64,000 nucleotides of DNA. Source: Centroscyllium fabricii (lineage: Eukaryota). A program made the position numbers and the translations under genes. Position 1 is the first letter of the stretch, and each line of letters starts with the position of its first letter. Positions 23,795-37,160 of the stretch are shown here, one piece after another. The notes under the pieces were generated by a model. The model ran no database searches and was not told the DNA's origin. It worked only from the letters and a program-made list of their open reading frames with translations. The stretch covers positions 354,392,001 to 354,456,000 of the forward strand of contig JBNRSN020000002.1 in NCBI GenBank assembly GCA_051313645.2, read 5' to 3'.

Positions 23795-25955
23795 TGAGAT
23801 TTGGGCGTCACTGGCAAGGCCAGCATTTATTGCCCATCCCTAGTTGCCCTTGAGAAGGTGGTGGTGAGCTGCCTTTTGAACCGCTGCAGTCCGTGTGGTG
23901 AAGGTACTCCCACAGTGCTGTTAGGGAGGGAGTTCCGGGATTTTGACCCAGCGACGATAAAGGATCGGCGATATATTTCCAAGTTGGGATGGTGTGTGAC
24001 TTGGAGGTGTTGGTGTTCCCATATGCCTGCTGCTCTTGTCCTTCTAGGTGGTAGAGGGCGTGGGTTTGTCAGGTGCTGTCAAAAAAGCCTTAGCGAGTTG
24101 CTGCAGTGCATCTTGTAGATGGTACACACTGCAGTGCTGGTGGTGGAGGGAGTGAATGTTGAAAGGAGGTGGATGGGGTGCCAATCAAGCGGGCTGCTTT
24201 GTCCTGGATGGTGTTGAGCTTCTTGTGGTGTTGGAGCTGCACTCATCCAGGCAAGTGGAGAGTATTCCATCACACTCCTGACTTGTGCCTTGTAGATGGT
24301 GAAAAGGCTTTGGGGAGTCAGGAGGTGAGACACTCGCCACAGAATACCTAGCCTCTGACCTGCTCTTGTAGCCACAGTATTTATATGGCTGGTCCAGTTA
24401 AGTTTCTGATCAATAGTGACCCCCAGGATGTGGATGTTGTTGGGGGTTTCAGTGATGGTAATGTCATTGAATGTCAAGGGGCGGTGGTTAGACTCTCGCT
24501 TGTTGGAGATAATCATTGCCTGGCACTTGTGTGGCGTGAATGTTACTCACCAACTATCAGCCCAAGCCTGAATGTCATCCAGGTCTTGCAGCAGTCGGGG
24601 ATGGACTGTTTAATTATCTGAGGAGTTGCGAATGGAACTGAACACTGTGCAATCATCAGCGAACATCCCCACTTCTGACCTTAGAGGGAAGGTCATTGAT
24701 CAAACAGCTGAAGATGGTTGGGCCTAGGACACAGCCCTGAGGAACTCCTGCTAGCGATGCCCTGGAGCTGAGATGATTGGCCTCCAACACCACAACTGTC
24801 TTTTGCGCTAGGTCTGACTCCAGCCAGTGGAGTGTCCTTCCCCGATTCCCATTGACTTCAATTTTATTAGGGCTCCTTGAGGCCACACTTAAGTCAAATG
24901 CTGCCTTGATGTCAAGGGCAGTCACTCTCTCCACACCTCTGGAATTCAGCTCTTTTGTCCATGTTTGGACCAAAGCTGTAACGAAGTCTGGAGCTGAGTG
25001 GTCCTGATGGAACCCAAACTGAGCATCAGTGAGCAGGTTATTGGTGAGTAAGTGCCGCTTGATAGCGCTGTCGACAACACCTTCCATCACTTTGCTGGTG
25101 ATTGAGAGTAAACTGATGGGGTGGATTGGATTTGTCCTGCTTTTAGTGGACAGAGTGTACCTGGGCAGTTTTCCACATTGTCGGGTAGATGCCAGTGCTG
25201 TAGCTGTACACGAACAGCTTGGCTAGAGGTGCGGCTAGTTCTGGAGCACAAACCTTCAGCATGGGATGTTGTCGGGGCCCACAGCCTTTGCTGTATCCAG
25301 TGCGCTCAGGCAGTTTATTTTTATTTGTTCATGGGATGTTGGTGTCATTGGCAAGGCCAGCATTTATTGCCCATCCCTAGTTACCTTTGAGAAGGCGGCG
25401 GTGAGCCGCTTTCTTGAACCGCTGCAGCCCGTGTGATGAAGGTACTCCCACAGTGCTATTGGGGAAAGAGTTCCAGGATTTTGACCCAGCGACGATGAAG
25501 GATCGGCGATATACTTCCAAGTCAGGATGATGTGTTACTTGGAGGTGGTTGTGTCCCATGCACCTGCAGCCCTTGTTCTTCCAGGTGGTAGAGGTCGCGG
25601 GGTTGGGAGGTGCTTCTGAAGAAGCCTTGGTGAGTTGCTGCAGTGCATCTTGTGGATGGTGCACACTGCAGCCACGGTACACTGTTGGCGGAGGGAGTGA
25701 ATGTTTAAGGTGGTGGATGGGGTGCTAATCAAACAGGCTGCTTGCTTTATCTTGGATGGTGTCGAGAGTGTTGTTGGAGCTGCACACCTCCAGGCAAGTG
25801 GAGGGTATTCCATCACACTCCTTGTGTCTTGTAGATGGTGGAAAGGCTTTGAGAAGTCAGGAGGTGAGACACTCGTCACAGAATACTTAGCCTCTGAGCT
25901 GCTCTTGTTGCCACAGTATTTCTGTGGCTGGTCCAGTTAAGCTTCTGGTCAATGG
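23795..25955 (-). mobile_element. Non-LTR retrotransposon fragments (CR1/L2 group), two adjacent 3' ends
   Basis: ALDIKAAFD, GVPQGCVLGPTIF and DQKLNWTSHI...YKAQVRSVMEYSPLAW; 23795-24420 is repeated at 25330-25955. Confidence 0.8.
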
Positions 25956-26327
25956 TAACCCGCCAGATATTAATTGCTGAATTTAAATTCCACGTTTACT
26001 TTCACTACTCTTCCTTTTTACATACTTGTAGCAGCTCTTACAATCTGTTTTCATATATCTTGCTAGCTTACTGTCATTCTTTTTTCTCCCTTTTTAACAA
26101 TTTTTGGGTCATCCTTTGCTGGTTTCTAAAACTCTCCCAATCCTCAAGCTTACTACTCTTCTTGGCAACATTATAAGCTTCTTTAATCTAACACTATCCT
26201 TAACCTCTCCAGTTAGCCATGGATGGATCACTTTTCCCGTGGAGATTTTATTTCTCAATGGAATATATATTGAGAATTATAAAATATTTATTTGAATGTT
26301 CACCAAGTATGTAAAAAGGAAGAGTAG

Positions 26328-26540
26328 TGACGTAATAAAACTCACTACACACTTGGTTTGAGCATAAAGCAAGGCTTTAATCAACTTGTTTCAAAACATG
26401 GAGGTCTAGTTAACAGTTACTAGTTCCTGTTTCAAAATGTCTCTGGGCAAGCTGGGCCCATACCCGAGTATTTATACTTCTTGGACGGCGCCACCAGCTG
26501 TCCGTCGAGTGTTACTTCATGGGTCATAAGATTTATGACA
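26328..26540 (-). mobile_element. Solo LTR (213 bp)
   Basis: TG...CA ends, 5-bp TSD AGTAG, TATAAATA and ATTAAA on the minus strand; interrupts a CR1 fragment. Confidence 0.8.
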
Positions 26541-27544
26541 AGTAGCGAAAGTAAATGTGGGTCCCTTAGAGGCTGAGATAGGAGAAATTACAATGGCGAA
26601 TAAGGAAATGGCAGAGATGTTTAACATATTTTGTATTTGTCTTCACAGTAGAAGACCTAGAAAAGGATGAGGTCCAGTGGGTTATTCCCTCGTGTTGGTT
26701 ATCTTGCCACATGCTGCAAGCCCAGTCAGGCAGCTATGTCCCTCAGGATTTGGCAGTGCAGTCAGTGGTGGTACTACCAAGTCAGTTGGTGATGGGCATT
26801 GAAGTCCCCCACCCAGAGTATATCTGTGCCGTTACTATCTTCTGTGCTTCCTCCAAGTGGTTCGCAACATGGAGGAGTACAAGATTCAGTTGCTGAGGGA
26901 GGGCGGGAGTAGTAATCAGCAAAAGGTTTTGTTGACCATGCTTGAGCCAAAGCCATGAGACTTCATGGGGTTCGGAGTCAATGTTGAGGAATTCCAGGGC
27001 TTCTCCCACCCGACAATACAACTGTCCCCCGCCTCTGATAGGTCTATGCTGCCAGTGGAACAGGACGTACCCAGGATGGTGATCGGCCCATCGTTCCTGT
27101 GCAGGCTATTTGAAAGAGTTCTCCAATTAGTCCCCCTCCCCTGCTCTTTCCCCATAGCCCTGAAATGTTTTCCTTTGTAATTATATAATTCAATTTCCTT
27201 ATGAAAGTTACTATTGAATCTGCTTCCACCACCCTTTCCAGTATTGCATTCCAGGTCATAACTTGATGCATAAAAATAAATTCTCTCCATATCTCCCCTG
27301 GTTCTTCAATTATCTTCAATCTGGGCCCTCTGATTATTGACCTCCCAGCTAGTGTAAACAGTTTCTTCCTATCTTCTCTTACCCAAACCCTGCATAATTT
27401 TGAACAGTTCTATTAAACTCCTCTTAACCTTCTCTGCTGCAAATAAAGAAAGAACTTGTATTTTTATATGCCTTTTACGACCTCAGGACGTCTAAGAACG
27501 CTTTACAGCCAATTAAGTACTTTTTGAAGTTTAACCACTGTTGT

Positions 27545-30500
27545 CATCATAGAATCATAGAATTGTTACAGCTCAGTAGGAGGCCATTCGGCCCGTCAAC
27601 CCTGTGCCAGCTCTCTGCAAGAGCATTTCAGCTAGTTTGAATCTGCCTCCGCCACCCTTTCAGGCAGTGCATTCTAGATCATAAGCACTCGCTGCGTAAA
27701 AAGTTTTCCCTCGAGTTGCCTTTGGATCTTCTGCCAATCACCTTGAATCTGTGTCCTCTGGTTCTCGACCCTTCTGCCAATGGGAACAGTTTCTCTCTAT
27801 CTACTCTGTCTTGACCTCATGATTATGAACACCTCTATCAAATCTCCTCTTAAACTTCTCAACCCCAGCCTCTCCAGTCTATCCACGTAACTGAAGTCCC
27901 TCATCCCTGGAACCGTTCTTGTTCATCTTTTTTGCACCCTCTCTAAAGCCTTCACAACCTTCCTAAAGTGCGGTGCACAAAATTGGACACACTACTCCAG
28001 TTGAGGCTGGGCCAGTGTTTTATGAAGGTTCATCATAACTCTCTTGCTTTTGTACTCTATGCCTCTGTTTATAAAGACCAGGATCCCATATGCTTTTTTA
28101 ACTGCCTTCTCAACCTGTCCTGCCACCTTCAACGATTTGTGCACACATACCGCCAGGTCTCTGTTCCTGCACCCCCTTTAGAATTGTACTCTTTTGTTTG
28201 TATTGCCTCTCCTTGTTCTTCCTACCAAAATGTATCACTTTTCTGTGTTAAACTTCATCTGCCACGTGTCCGCCCATTGCACCAGCCTGTCTATGACTTC
28301 TTGCAGTCTTATCACTATCCTCCTCACTGTTCACTATATTTCCAAGTTTTGTGTCATCCACAAATTTTGAAACTGTGCCCTATACACCCAAGTCTAAGTC
28401 ATGAATAAATATCAAGAAAAGCAGTGGTCCTAGTACCGACCCCTGGGGAACACCACTGTATGCCTTCCTCCAGTCCGAAAAACAACCGTTCACCACGACT
28501 CTCTGTTTCCTGTCACTTAGCCAAATTCGTATCCATGCTGCCACTGTCCCTTTTATTCCATCGGCTTAAACTTTGCTGGCAAGTCTATTATGTGGCACTT
28601 TACCAAATGCCTTTTGGAAATCCATGTACACCATGTCAACTGCATTAACCCGCTCTATTATCTCATCAAAAAATTCAGTCAAGTTAGTTAAACACGATTT
28701 GCCTTTAAGAAATCCGTGCTGGCTTTCCTTAATTAATCCACACTTGTCCAACTGACTGTTAATGTTGTCCTTGATTATTGTTTCTAAAAGATTTCCCACC
28801 ACCGCGGTTATGTGACTGGCCTGTAGTTGCTGGGTTTATCCTTGCACCCTTTTTTGAACAAGGGTGTAACATTTGCAATTCTCCAGTCCTCTGGCACCAC
28901 CCCTGCAACTAACGAAGATTGGAAGATTATGGTCAGGCCCTCCACAATTTCCACCTTTACTTCCCTCAGCATCCTAGGATGCATCCCACCTGGTCCTGGT
29001 GACTTATCTACTTTAAGTACAGCCAGCCTTTCTAGTACCTCCTCTTCATCAAATTTTATCCCATCCAGTATCTCAATTACTTCCTCTTTCACTATGACTT
29101 TGGCAGCATCTTCTTCCTTGGTGAAGACAGATGCAATGTATTCGTTTAGTACCTCAACCATGCCCTCTGCCCCCATGTGTAGGTCTCCATTTTGGTCTCT
29201 AATCGGCCACACCCCTCCTTACTAACTGTTTACTATTTAAGTGCCATGTGCCTGTAGAAGACTTTTGGATTCCTTTTTATGTTTGCTGCCAGTCTATTCT
29301 CATACTCCCTCTTTACCCTCTTATTTCCTTTTTCATTTCCCCTCTGAACTTTCTAATGAAGAGAACAATCACAGCTTCTCCAGTCTCACCACATAACTGA
29401 AGTGTCTCCTTCCTGGTACCATTCTAGTAAATCTCTTCTGCACCTTCTTCAAGGCTGTGACATCCTTTCTAAAGTGTGGTGCCCAGAATTGGACACACTA
29501 GTCCAGCTAAGGCCTAACCTGTGATTTAAAGAAGTTTAGCGCACTTCCTTCCTATTGTACTCTCTGCCATTCTTTATAAAGCCAAGGATCCCATCTGTTT
29601 TTTTTAACCGCCATATCTACTTACCCTGCCACCAACAATGTGTATATAAACCCCCAGATCTCTCTGTTCCTGCCTCCTCTTTAACATTGTACCGTTTAGT
29701 TTATATTGCCTTTTCTCATTCTTCATTCCAAATTGCACCACTTCACAGTCCTCTGCATTAAATTTTATCTGCTATGTGCCTGCCCATTTCACCAGTCTAT
29801 GTCCTGCTGAAGTTTGTTGCTATTCTCACTGTGTACAGGTTGAGCATCGGTAATCCAGTAACCGAAAAGCCGGCAGCTTCAGTCGTCCGGCATAAATTGC
29901 CCCGACTGTCCTGCGCATGCGCAAAATGGCCACCGTGATCGATGCTTCAGCGAATGATCTGCGCATGCGCCGATCATTCAAAACGGCCGCCGGAGGCTGG
30001 ACTGACCTTTGCTTCCTCATTCGTGCGTTGCCGAACGGTAAGGATCTGTCGCTCACTCCGGCCTCACTCCCTCAGTGCTGCCCAGGACCGTGCTCTACTA
30101 ACTTGTTAGTGCTGTGCTGGGCCTGCAGCCTGGGCCTCAATTTATGGTTGTGTGCCGGAATGGGGTGGGGGGAGAGTCCCATCCTGTCTGCCTGGTGAGC
30201 CGAGCCGAGGGATCGTTGCACGGCGGGTTCTGGGCGGCTGCAGCTACACTGCAGGTGATCAAAACTTCCAGTGGCCATTTCCAATGTTGTGCGCATGCGC
30301 GTGGCCATTTTGAATGGTGCGCGCGCACTGGCCGGCTTCATTCTACCGTTTTTTTTGCTCTACCGGCGCGGGCCTAGTCCCGCCCGTGCCGGTATAACGG
30401 TGCGCAACCTGCACAACTTTTCAGAGTTTCATGTCATCTGCCAACTTTGTAATTATGCCCTGCATACCCAAGTCCAGGTCATTTTTATATCTATATATTA

Positions 30501-30560
30501 AAAAGAGCAGCGGTCCCAACGCCAACCTCTGGGGGACACCACTGTAAACGTTCCTCTAGT
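27545..30560 (-). mobile_element. CR1 fragments (two copies, the second split by a MITE)
   Basis: DKSPGPGGMHPR...WRIANVTPLFKKG, QHGFLKGKSCLTNL and DFQKAF; tail at 27545. Confidence 0.85.
29836..30411. mobile_element. Tigger-like MITE, family A
   Basis: TA|CAGGTTGAGCATCG ... CGGTGCGCAACCTG|CA. Confidence 0.8.
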
Positions 30561-30561
30561 T

Positions 30562-30906
30562 CAGTGTTCCCCAACTGCCGGTGCCGGTCCGCGGGACAGT
30601 TTTACCGGTCCGCGGAAGGTTCTGAGAATTCGCGCATGCGCAGATCAATTGCCGACGGGCCGCGGCAGGGTCTGTGAATCGGCGCATGCGCAGATCAATT
30701 GCCGACGGGCCACGGCAGGGTCTGTGAATCGGCGCAAGCGCCGATCAGTCGCCGACGGAAGACTAGGCACAGACGGAAGAAAGCACCCCCGCCGGTCAGT
30801 CTAAAAAAACTCCGGCAGCACCCCCCCCCCCTGGTCAGTCTAAAAATCTCCGCCAGCACCCCCCCTCCCCCCCTTCCCGATCAGTCCAAAAATCTCCCCC
30901 AGCACC
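30562..30906. mobile_element. hAT/Charlie-like left end, truncated
   Basis: CAGTGTTCCCCAAC...GGTCCGCGG terminus; internal tandem duplication at ~30632-30745. Confidence 0.55.
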
Positions 30907-31025
30907 CCGTCGACCTGAAACGTCAACTCTGCTCCTCTCTCCATCGATGCTGCCGGGCCTGCTGAGTTTCCCCAGCGTTTTCTGCTGTTATTTCAGATTT
31001 CCAGCATCTGCAGTATTTTGCTATC
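30907..31025 (+). mobile_element. Penelope-like family 2 terminal repeat fragment (3' half of hammerhead)
   Basis: GTCGACCTGAAACGTCAACTCTG...CAGCATCTGCAGTATTTTGCTA. Confidence 0.7.
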
Positions 31026-31387
31026 GTTTTACTGTAAGCCTCCTTTTTCTGTTTCATTTTAATGTCTATCTTTAGTTATCCAGGGAGCTCCAGCTTTGGA
31101 TGCCCTTCCTCCCCCCCCCCCCCCCCCCCCCCCCCCCCATGGGAATGTATCCAGTCTGTACCCAAAATATCTCTTCTTTGAAGGCCTCCCAATGCTCATT
31201 TTCTGTTCTATCTGCTAATGTTTGTTTCCAATCCATCAGTTCAGATTATACTAGCGTTTACACTATCGACCTCCTACCAAGATCCGCAAAAGTGAATGAA
31301 TTGGCCCTTTCTTGTCAATTATCAAAGTCATGAACTAACAATTATTTATTAACCATACAATTATAGTTAGCAGCACTTAAACTTTGA

Positions 31388-32312
31388 GGCCTGGAGTTTC
31401 CGCCCAGGTAACAGCTTAATCTGGGCAGTATCAAATCAAATAGCGCAAAAGATCTCTGAATTTTAAGTGTCTGTGATTTGCGAGAATCCGCAATCTTTTA
31501 CTACAACAACAACTACTTGTGTTTTCATAGCGCCTTTAAAGGTAGTAAAATGCCTCAAGGTGCTACACAGGAGCGATTATCAAACAAAATTTGACACTGA
31601 GCCATATGCGATATTGGGACAGGTGATCAAAAGCTTGGTCAGAGGGAGGTTTTAAGGAGCATCTTAAAGGAGGAAAGAAGTGATGGAAGGGTTTATGGAG
31701 AGAATTTCAAAGTTTAGGGCCTAGGCAGATGAAGGCACGGTGACCAATGGTGATTTAGGCTAGTTCAACAGTCCCTTTGCCCGAAGCAGTCTCCTTCCAC
31801 AAAACTGGCCACACCCCCAAGTTGGAAAGGCGAGTTTCCGCCAATTGCGCTCATTCAGGGAGGGTCGTTACATTACGCCCAGATTCTCGAGCCACAGGCA
31901 GCCAGGGTCACATGGAATTCAGTGTTAATCATCTGACCAGCAGTCAACTGAAGCGACTTCTGCACTGCTGCTGCAGTGATTTGTTTAAAAAGTAATACCA
32001 AGAGCATTAACTCAGTCAATTGATCTGCCCTTCTGCCACATAAATATCAATGAATTAATTAGACCAGTGATCAGCAGTCAGTTGAAGCCACTAACCAAAT
32101 CTGCCCTGCTCTGCTACAGAAATCATCAAATGACTAATTTCCTGGCTATCCCACTCCTAACGTTGCTTAATTGCACTGATTCATGGGAGATTTTACATTT
32201 GGGCTTATGCCAATGTGTTTGCACGGAAATCTAGATGGATCTTCACCTTGGTAAAACGAGCGCAGTGTCGGACGCAAGTTGCTGATTGCGCCCCTAGCGG
32301 AATCGCCAGGCT
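31388..32312. mobile_element. Harbinger-like element with a nested L2 tail
   Basis: TGA|GGCCTGGAGTTTCCGC ... GCGGAATCGCCAGGCT|TGA. Confidence 0.45.
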
Positions 32313-32485
32313 TGAGTATGCAAATAATTAGATAGGGTTAATTAACAAATTAAATAACAGTTTACAAAGGCAGTTTGGTTATGTTACAGTAGTTCAGCAT
32401 TAACTGCTTGTTGATTCTAAGTTTATAGTTGAGATCAGTGTCTGAGATTGATATAAGGTGGTGAAATTAATTAGGTCTAGACTTC

Positions 32486-35400
32486 TTTGATCCCTGACAA
32501 GCAAAATGCGGCGACGGGCAAGCAGAAGAAAATCTCATTTGCCCGACCAGACAAGCGATGTGCGGACATGACCCGAGTTGCCGGGTCCGGAAATAGCGCT
32601 GAGGGTGTGCGTGCGCAGCCAGGCGGCGAGCGCCGATGGAGAGGCTACAGGGTGCGACAAAACCACGAGGCCACGGGAACGGGTGGTTGGATCCCGCCCT
32701 GGAGGTGGCTGCGGATGGGCCGGGCCGCGCTTCAGCCAATGGGTTTGGAACTCTGCCCCGCCCGAGCTTGGCCATTCACAGCCCAGCAGTTTTCTCTCGC
32801 TCCTGTGGTTTTGAAGCGCTGCACCCTGCCCGTGCTCGGCCAATCATAGCTCGCTCCGGCTGGCCGCCCCCTCTCCGCTCGGCGCCACAGCAGCTTGATC
32901 CGAGCAGGAAAGAGAGGGCGCTAGTAAAATACTGCAGATGCTGGCAATCAGAAATAACAACAGAAAATGCTGGAGAAACTCAGCAGGCCAAGCAGCATCG
33001 ATGAAGAGAAATATAGAGTTGATAGAAAAATATAGAAGCCCCGCTTCGTTCGTTCCCCCCCCCCCCCCCCCCCCCCCAACCAACACCTCATTAAAAGGGG
33101 AAAACCACAAAGGCTGCAAAAAAGAAAGAACTGAGAAAAAGATGAACAGATGGTGAGTGAAGGGAATAACAACAGAAAACACAGGAGAAACTCAGCAGGC
33201 CAGGCAGCATCGGTGGAGAGAGGAACAGAGTTGACGTTTCAGGTTGATGACCTTTTTTCAAATTTTTCTTATTGGTGAATGAAGGGACTGGGATGAGGTG
33301 ACAGCGAGCTTCCTCTCGGACACTCACACCCAGAGACTCGATACAGGGACACGGCCACCCAGAGACCGAATCCAGGGACCCTGACACCCAGAGACCGAAT
33401 CCAGGGACCCTGACTCCCAGAGACCGAATCCAGGGACATGGCCACCCAGACACCGAATCCAGGGACCCTGACACCCAGAGACCGAATCCAGGGACCCTGA
33501 CACCCAGAGACCGAATCCAGGGACCCTGACACCCAGAGACCGAATCCAGGGACCCAGAGACCGAATCCAGGGACCCTGACACCCAGAGACCGAATCCAGG
33601 GACCCTGACACCCAGAGACCGAATCCAGGGACCCTGACACCCAGAGACCGAATCCAGGGACCCTGACACCCAGAGACCGAATCCGGGGACCCTGACACCC
33701 GGAGACCGAATCCGGGGACCCTGACACCCGGAGACCGAATCCGGGGACCCTGACACCCGGAGACCGAATCCGGGGACCCTGACACCCGGAGACCGAATCC
33801 GGGGACCCTGACACCCGGAGACCGAATCCGGGGACCCTGACACCCGGAGACCGAATCCGGGGACCCTGACACCCGGAGACCGAATCCGGGGACCCTGACA
33901 CCCGGAGACCGAATCCGGGGACCCTGACACCCGGAGACCGAATCCGGGGACCCTGACACCCGGAGACCGAATCCGGGGACACTGCCAACCGGAGACCGAA
34001 TCCGGGGACACTGCCAACCGGAGACCGAATCCGGGGACACTGCCACCCGGAGACCGAATCCGGGGACACTGCCACCCGGAGACCGAATCCGGGGACACTG
34101 CCACCCGGAGACCGAATCCGGGGACACTGCCACCCGGAGACCGAATCCGGGGACACTGCCACCCGGAGACCGAATCCGGGGACACGGCCACCCGGAGACC
34201 GAATCCGGGGACACGGCCACCCGGAGACCGAATCCGGGGACACGGCCACCCGGAGACCGAATCCGGGGACACGGCCACCCGGAGACCGAATCCGGGGACA
34301 CGGCCACCCGGAGACCGAATCCGGGGACACGGCCACCCGGAGACCGAATCCGGGGACACGGCCACCCGGAGACCGAATCCGGGGACACGGCCACCCGGAG
34401 ACCGAATCCGGGGACACGGCCACCCGGAGACCGAATCCGGGGACACGGCCACCCGGAGACCGAATCCGGGGACACGGCCACCCGGAGACCGAATCCGGGG
34501 ACACGGCCACCCGGAGACCGAATCCGGGGACACGGCCACCCGGAGACCGAATCCGGGGACACGGCCACCCGGAGACCGAATCCGGGGACACGGCCACCCG
34601 GAGACCGAATCCGGGGACACGGCCACCCGGAGACCGAATCCGGGGACACGGCCACCCGGAGACCGAATCCGGGGACACGGCCACCCGGAGACCGAATCCG
34701 GGGACACGGCCACCCGGAGACCGAATCCGGGGACACGGCCACCCGGAGACCGAATCCGGGGACACGGCCACCCGGAGACCGAATCCGGGGACACGGCCAC
34801 CCGGAGACCGAATCCGGGGACACGGCCACCCGGAGACCGAATCCGGGGACACGGCCACCCGGAGACCGAATCCGGGGACACGGCCACCCGGAGACCGAAT
34901 CCGGGGACACGGCCACCCGGAGACCGAATGAATCCGGGGACACGGCCACCCAGAGAGAGACCGAATCCGGGGACCCTGGCACCCAGAGAGAGACCGAATC
35001 CAGGGACCCTGGCACCCAGAGAGAGACCGAATCCAGGGACCCTGGCACCCAGAGAGAGACCGAATCCAGGGACCCTGGCACCCAGAGAGAGACCGAATCC
35101 AGGGACCCTGGCACCCAGAGAGAGACCGAATCCAGGGACCCTGGCACCCAGAGAGAGACCGAATCCAGGGACCCTGGCACCCAGAGAGAGACCGAATCCA
35201 GGGACCCTGGCACCCAGAGAGAGACCGAATCCAGGGACCCTGGCACCCAGAGAGAGACCGAATCCAGGGACCCTGGCACCCAGAGAGAGACCGAATCCAG
35301 GGACCCTGGCACCCAGAGAGAGACCGAATCCAGGGACCCTGGCACCCAGAGAGAGACCGAATCCAGGGACCCTGGCACCCAGAGACCGAATCCTGGGGCT

Positions 35401-35749
35401 GCCCAGGACGCAACAGAACCGCTTGCCCGCTCGATGATCGAGGCCACGGTAATGGGTGGGTGGATCCCGCCCTGGAGATTTGCCAGGAGGGCCGGGCAGC
35501 GCCGCGGGGATTGGAGGAGATGGCGTGTCAATCAGGGGACGGGGCAGCAGTCGGGTTAGGCGGAGCGGGCTGGTGGCGCGCAGCAAGAGTGGGTCGGTGC
35601 CGTCAACCCACTGAGGGGGAGAGAAAAAACCGGAGCGGCTGCTGGACGAAGAAAGGCGGGGAGAGAGAGTGACGGTGCCCGCGGCCTGTGTTCGGGCAAG
35701 TGTTTTAGAAATCCGGGCAAGTGAAAAATCTTTTTTTTGTAGCACCCTG
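32486..35749 (+). mobile_element. CAGGG hAT-like element carrying a 2-kb minisatellite and Penelope family 2 fragments (32925-33255)
   Basis: Shares internal sequence and the right end TTTTGTAGCACCCTG with 37509-39159; left end eroded. Confidence 0.75.
33325..35395. repeat. GC-rich 29-bp/33-bp minisatellite array, roughly 65-70 units
   Basis: Core GAGACCGAATCC(A/G)GGGAC; 29-bp GGAGACCGAATCCGGGGACACGGCCACCC blocks, then 33-bp GAGAGAGACCGAATCCAGGGACCCTGGCACCCA blocks. Confidence 0.97.
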
Positions 35750-35932
35750 AATCTGAGCGATGTGTGAGGAGAATTTGAACTTTTGCTGTCAGTCACCATG
35801 TAGGTACCAAATCATTGTTCAGGTATCAGCATTACCTAGACATGCTAGGTACCTCGTTTACGCCCTAGCTTCTCTAGTGTCTGCTCACGAAGGGTCTCAC
35901 AGAGGTCCAGATAAGCCAGGACAACTTTATCG

Positions 35933-36127
35933 ATAGCAAAATACTGCGGATGCTGGAAATACGAAATAACAGAAAACGCTGGAGAAACCCAGCAGGCCAG
36001 GCAAAATCGGTGGAGAGAGAAACAGAGTTAACGTTTCAGGTCGACCTGAAATGTTAACTCTGTTTCTCTCCCTACCAATGCTGCCTGGCTTGCTGAGCTA
36101 CTCCAGCGTTTTCTGTTGCTTTTCAGG
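35933..36127. mobile_element. Palindromic Penelope-like family 2 mini-element
   Basis: Inverted arms centred on GTCGAC (36040-36045): AGTTAACGTTTCAGGTCGACCTGAAATGTTAACT. Confidence 0.8.
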
Positions 36128-36709
36128 ACTTTATGTTCCCCTTAACAAGTTATCTCCAGGCCTGCAGTCTTGATGGCTTGTCTTCTATCCCTGGCAATGA
36201 ATGCTTTGTTTGTATAAGCAGTCATGGTTCTAATCCTATCCTTTCCCAGCATTCAGTCTGACCCGATGAATCTATTTTGAGGACACATCTAAGGCAATTT
36301 TTAGAACATGTCTCCTACAGAACGTTAAATTGAGGCCCTGTCTGCCCATTCAGGCGGTGTAAAAGATCCTACGGCACTATTTGCACAAGAGGAGGAGGGA
36401 GTTTTTCAGGCGCCCTGACCAAATCTCAACCACCATCCCAGAAGCTGACTATTTGTTCTTTCATTCATTTGCCGTATTCAAATTGGCTGTATTGATTGTT
36501 TATATAATAGTGGTAACTTGGCTGGTCCTTAGGACATGATAATACAATAGAAGTGTAAGTTATTTATGCAGACAATGTGCTTGCTGATATGGTGCGTTTT
36601 CTTGAGCTTCTGAGAAAAATATATTTCATTTTGATTGATGTTATCACTCTAAATACAATCGTCTCACTAATGTCAATTTTTCAAAAGCTATAACTGCTCG
36701 CCTTGTAGA

Positions 36710-37160
36710 AAAGAAGCCATTTATATAGCGCCTTTCACGACCACCGGACATCCCAAAGCGCTTTACAGCCAATGAAATACTTTTATTTTTGAGGTGCAGT
36801 CACTGTTGTAATGTGGGAATCGCGGCAGCCAATTTGCACACAACAAGCTCCCACAAACAGCAATGTGATAATGACCAGATAATCTGTTTTAGAAGTTGCT
36901 TGAGGGATAAATATTTGTTGGAACACCAACGATAACTCCCCTGCTCTCCTTCAAAATAGTGTCATAGAATCTTTTACGTCCACCTGAGAGGGCAGACGGG
37001 GCCGTGGTTTAACGTCTCTTCCGAAAGACGGCACATCCAACAGCACTGCACTGGAGTGTTAGCCTAGATTTTTGTGCTCCAGTCTGTGGAGTGGAACTTG
37101 AACCCACAATCTTCTGACTCGGGCGACAGTGCTACCCACTGAGCCACGGCTGACACTGTG
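36710..37160 (-). mobile_element. SacSINE1/DeuSINE-like SINE, near full length
   Basis: Reverse complement of the family at 15515-16160. Confidence 0.85.

Noticed and set aside
31110-31138. Long poly-C/poly-G runs as G-quadruplex elements (also 16824, 33055, 38106, 62169)
   Set aside because: Pure homopolymers of uncertain length, prone to slippage and sequencing error; no functional evidence.
33325-35395. CRISPR-like array
   Set aside because: Contiguous units with no unique spacers, no cas genes, vertebrate context. The same applies to 20370-20820 and 38300-38597.
33091-35799. 902-, 735- and 714-aa ORFs
   Set aside because: Products of a stop-free 29/33-bp tandem repeat open in all three minus frames; no domain content.
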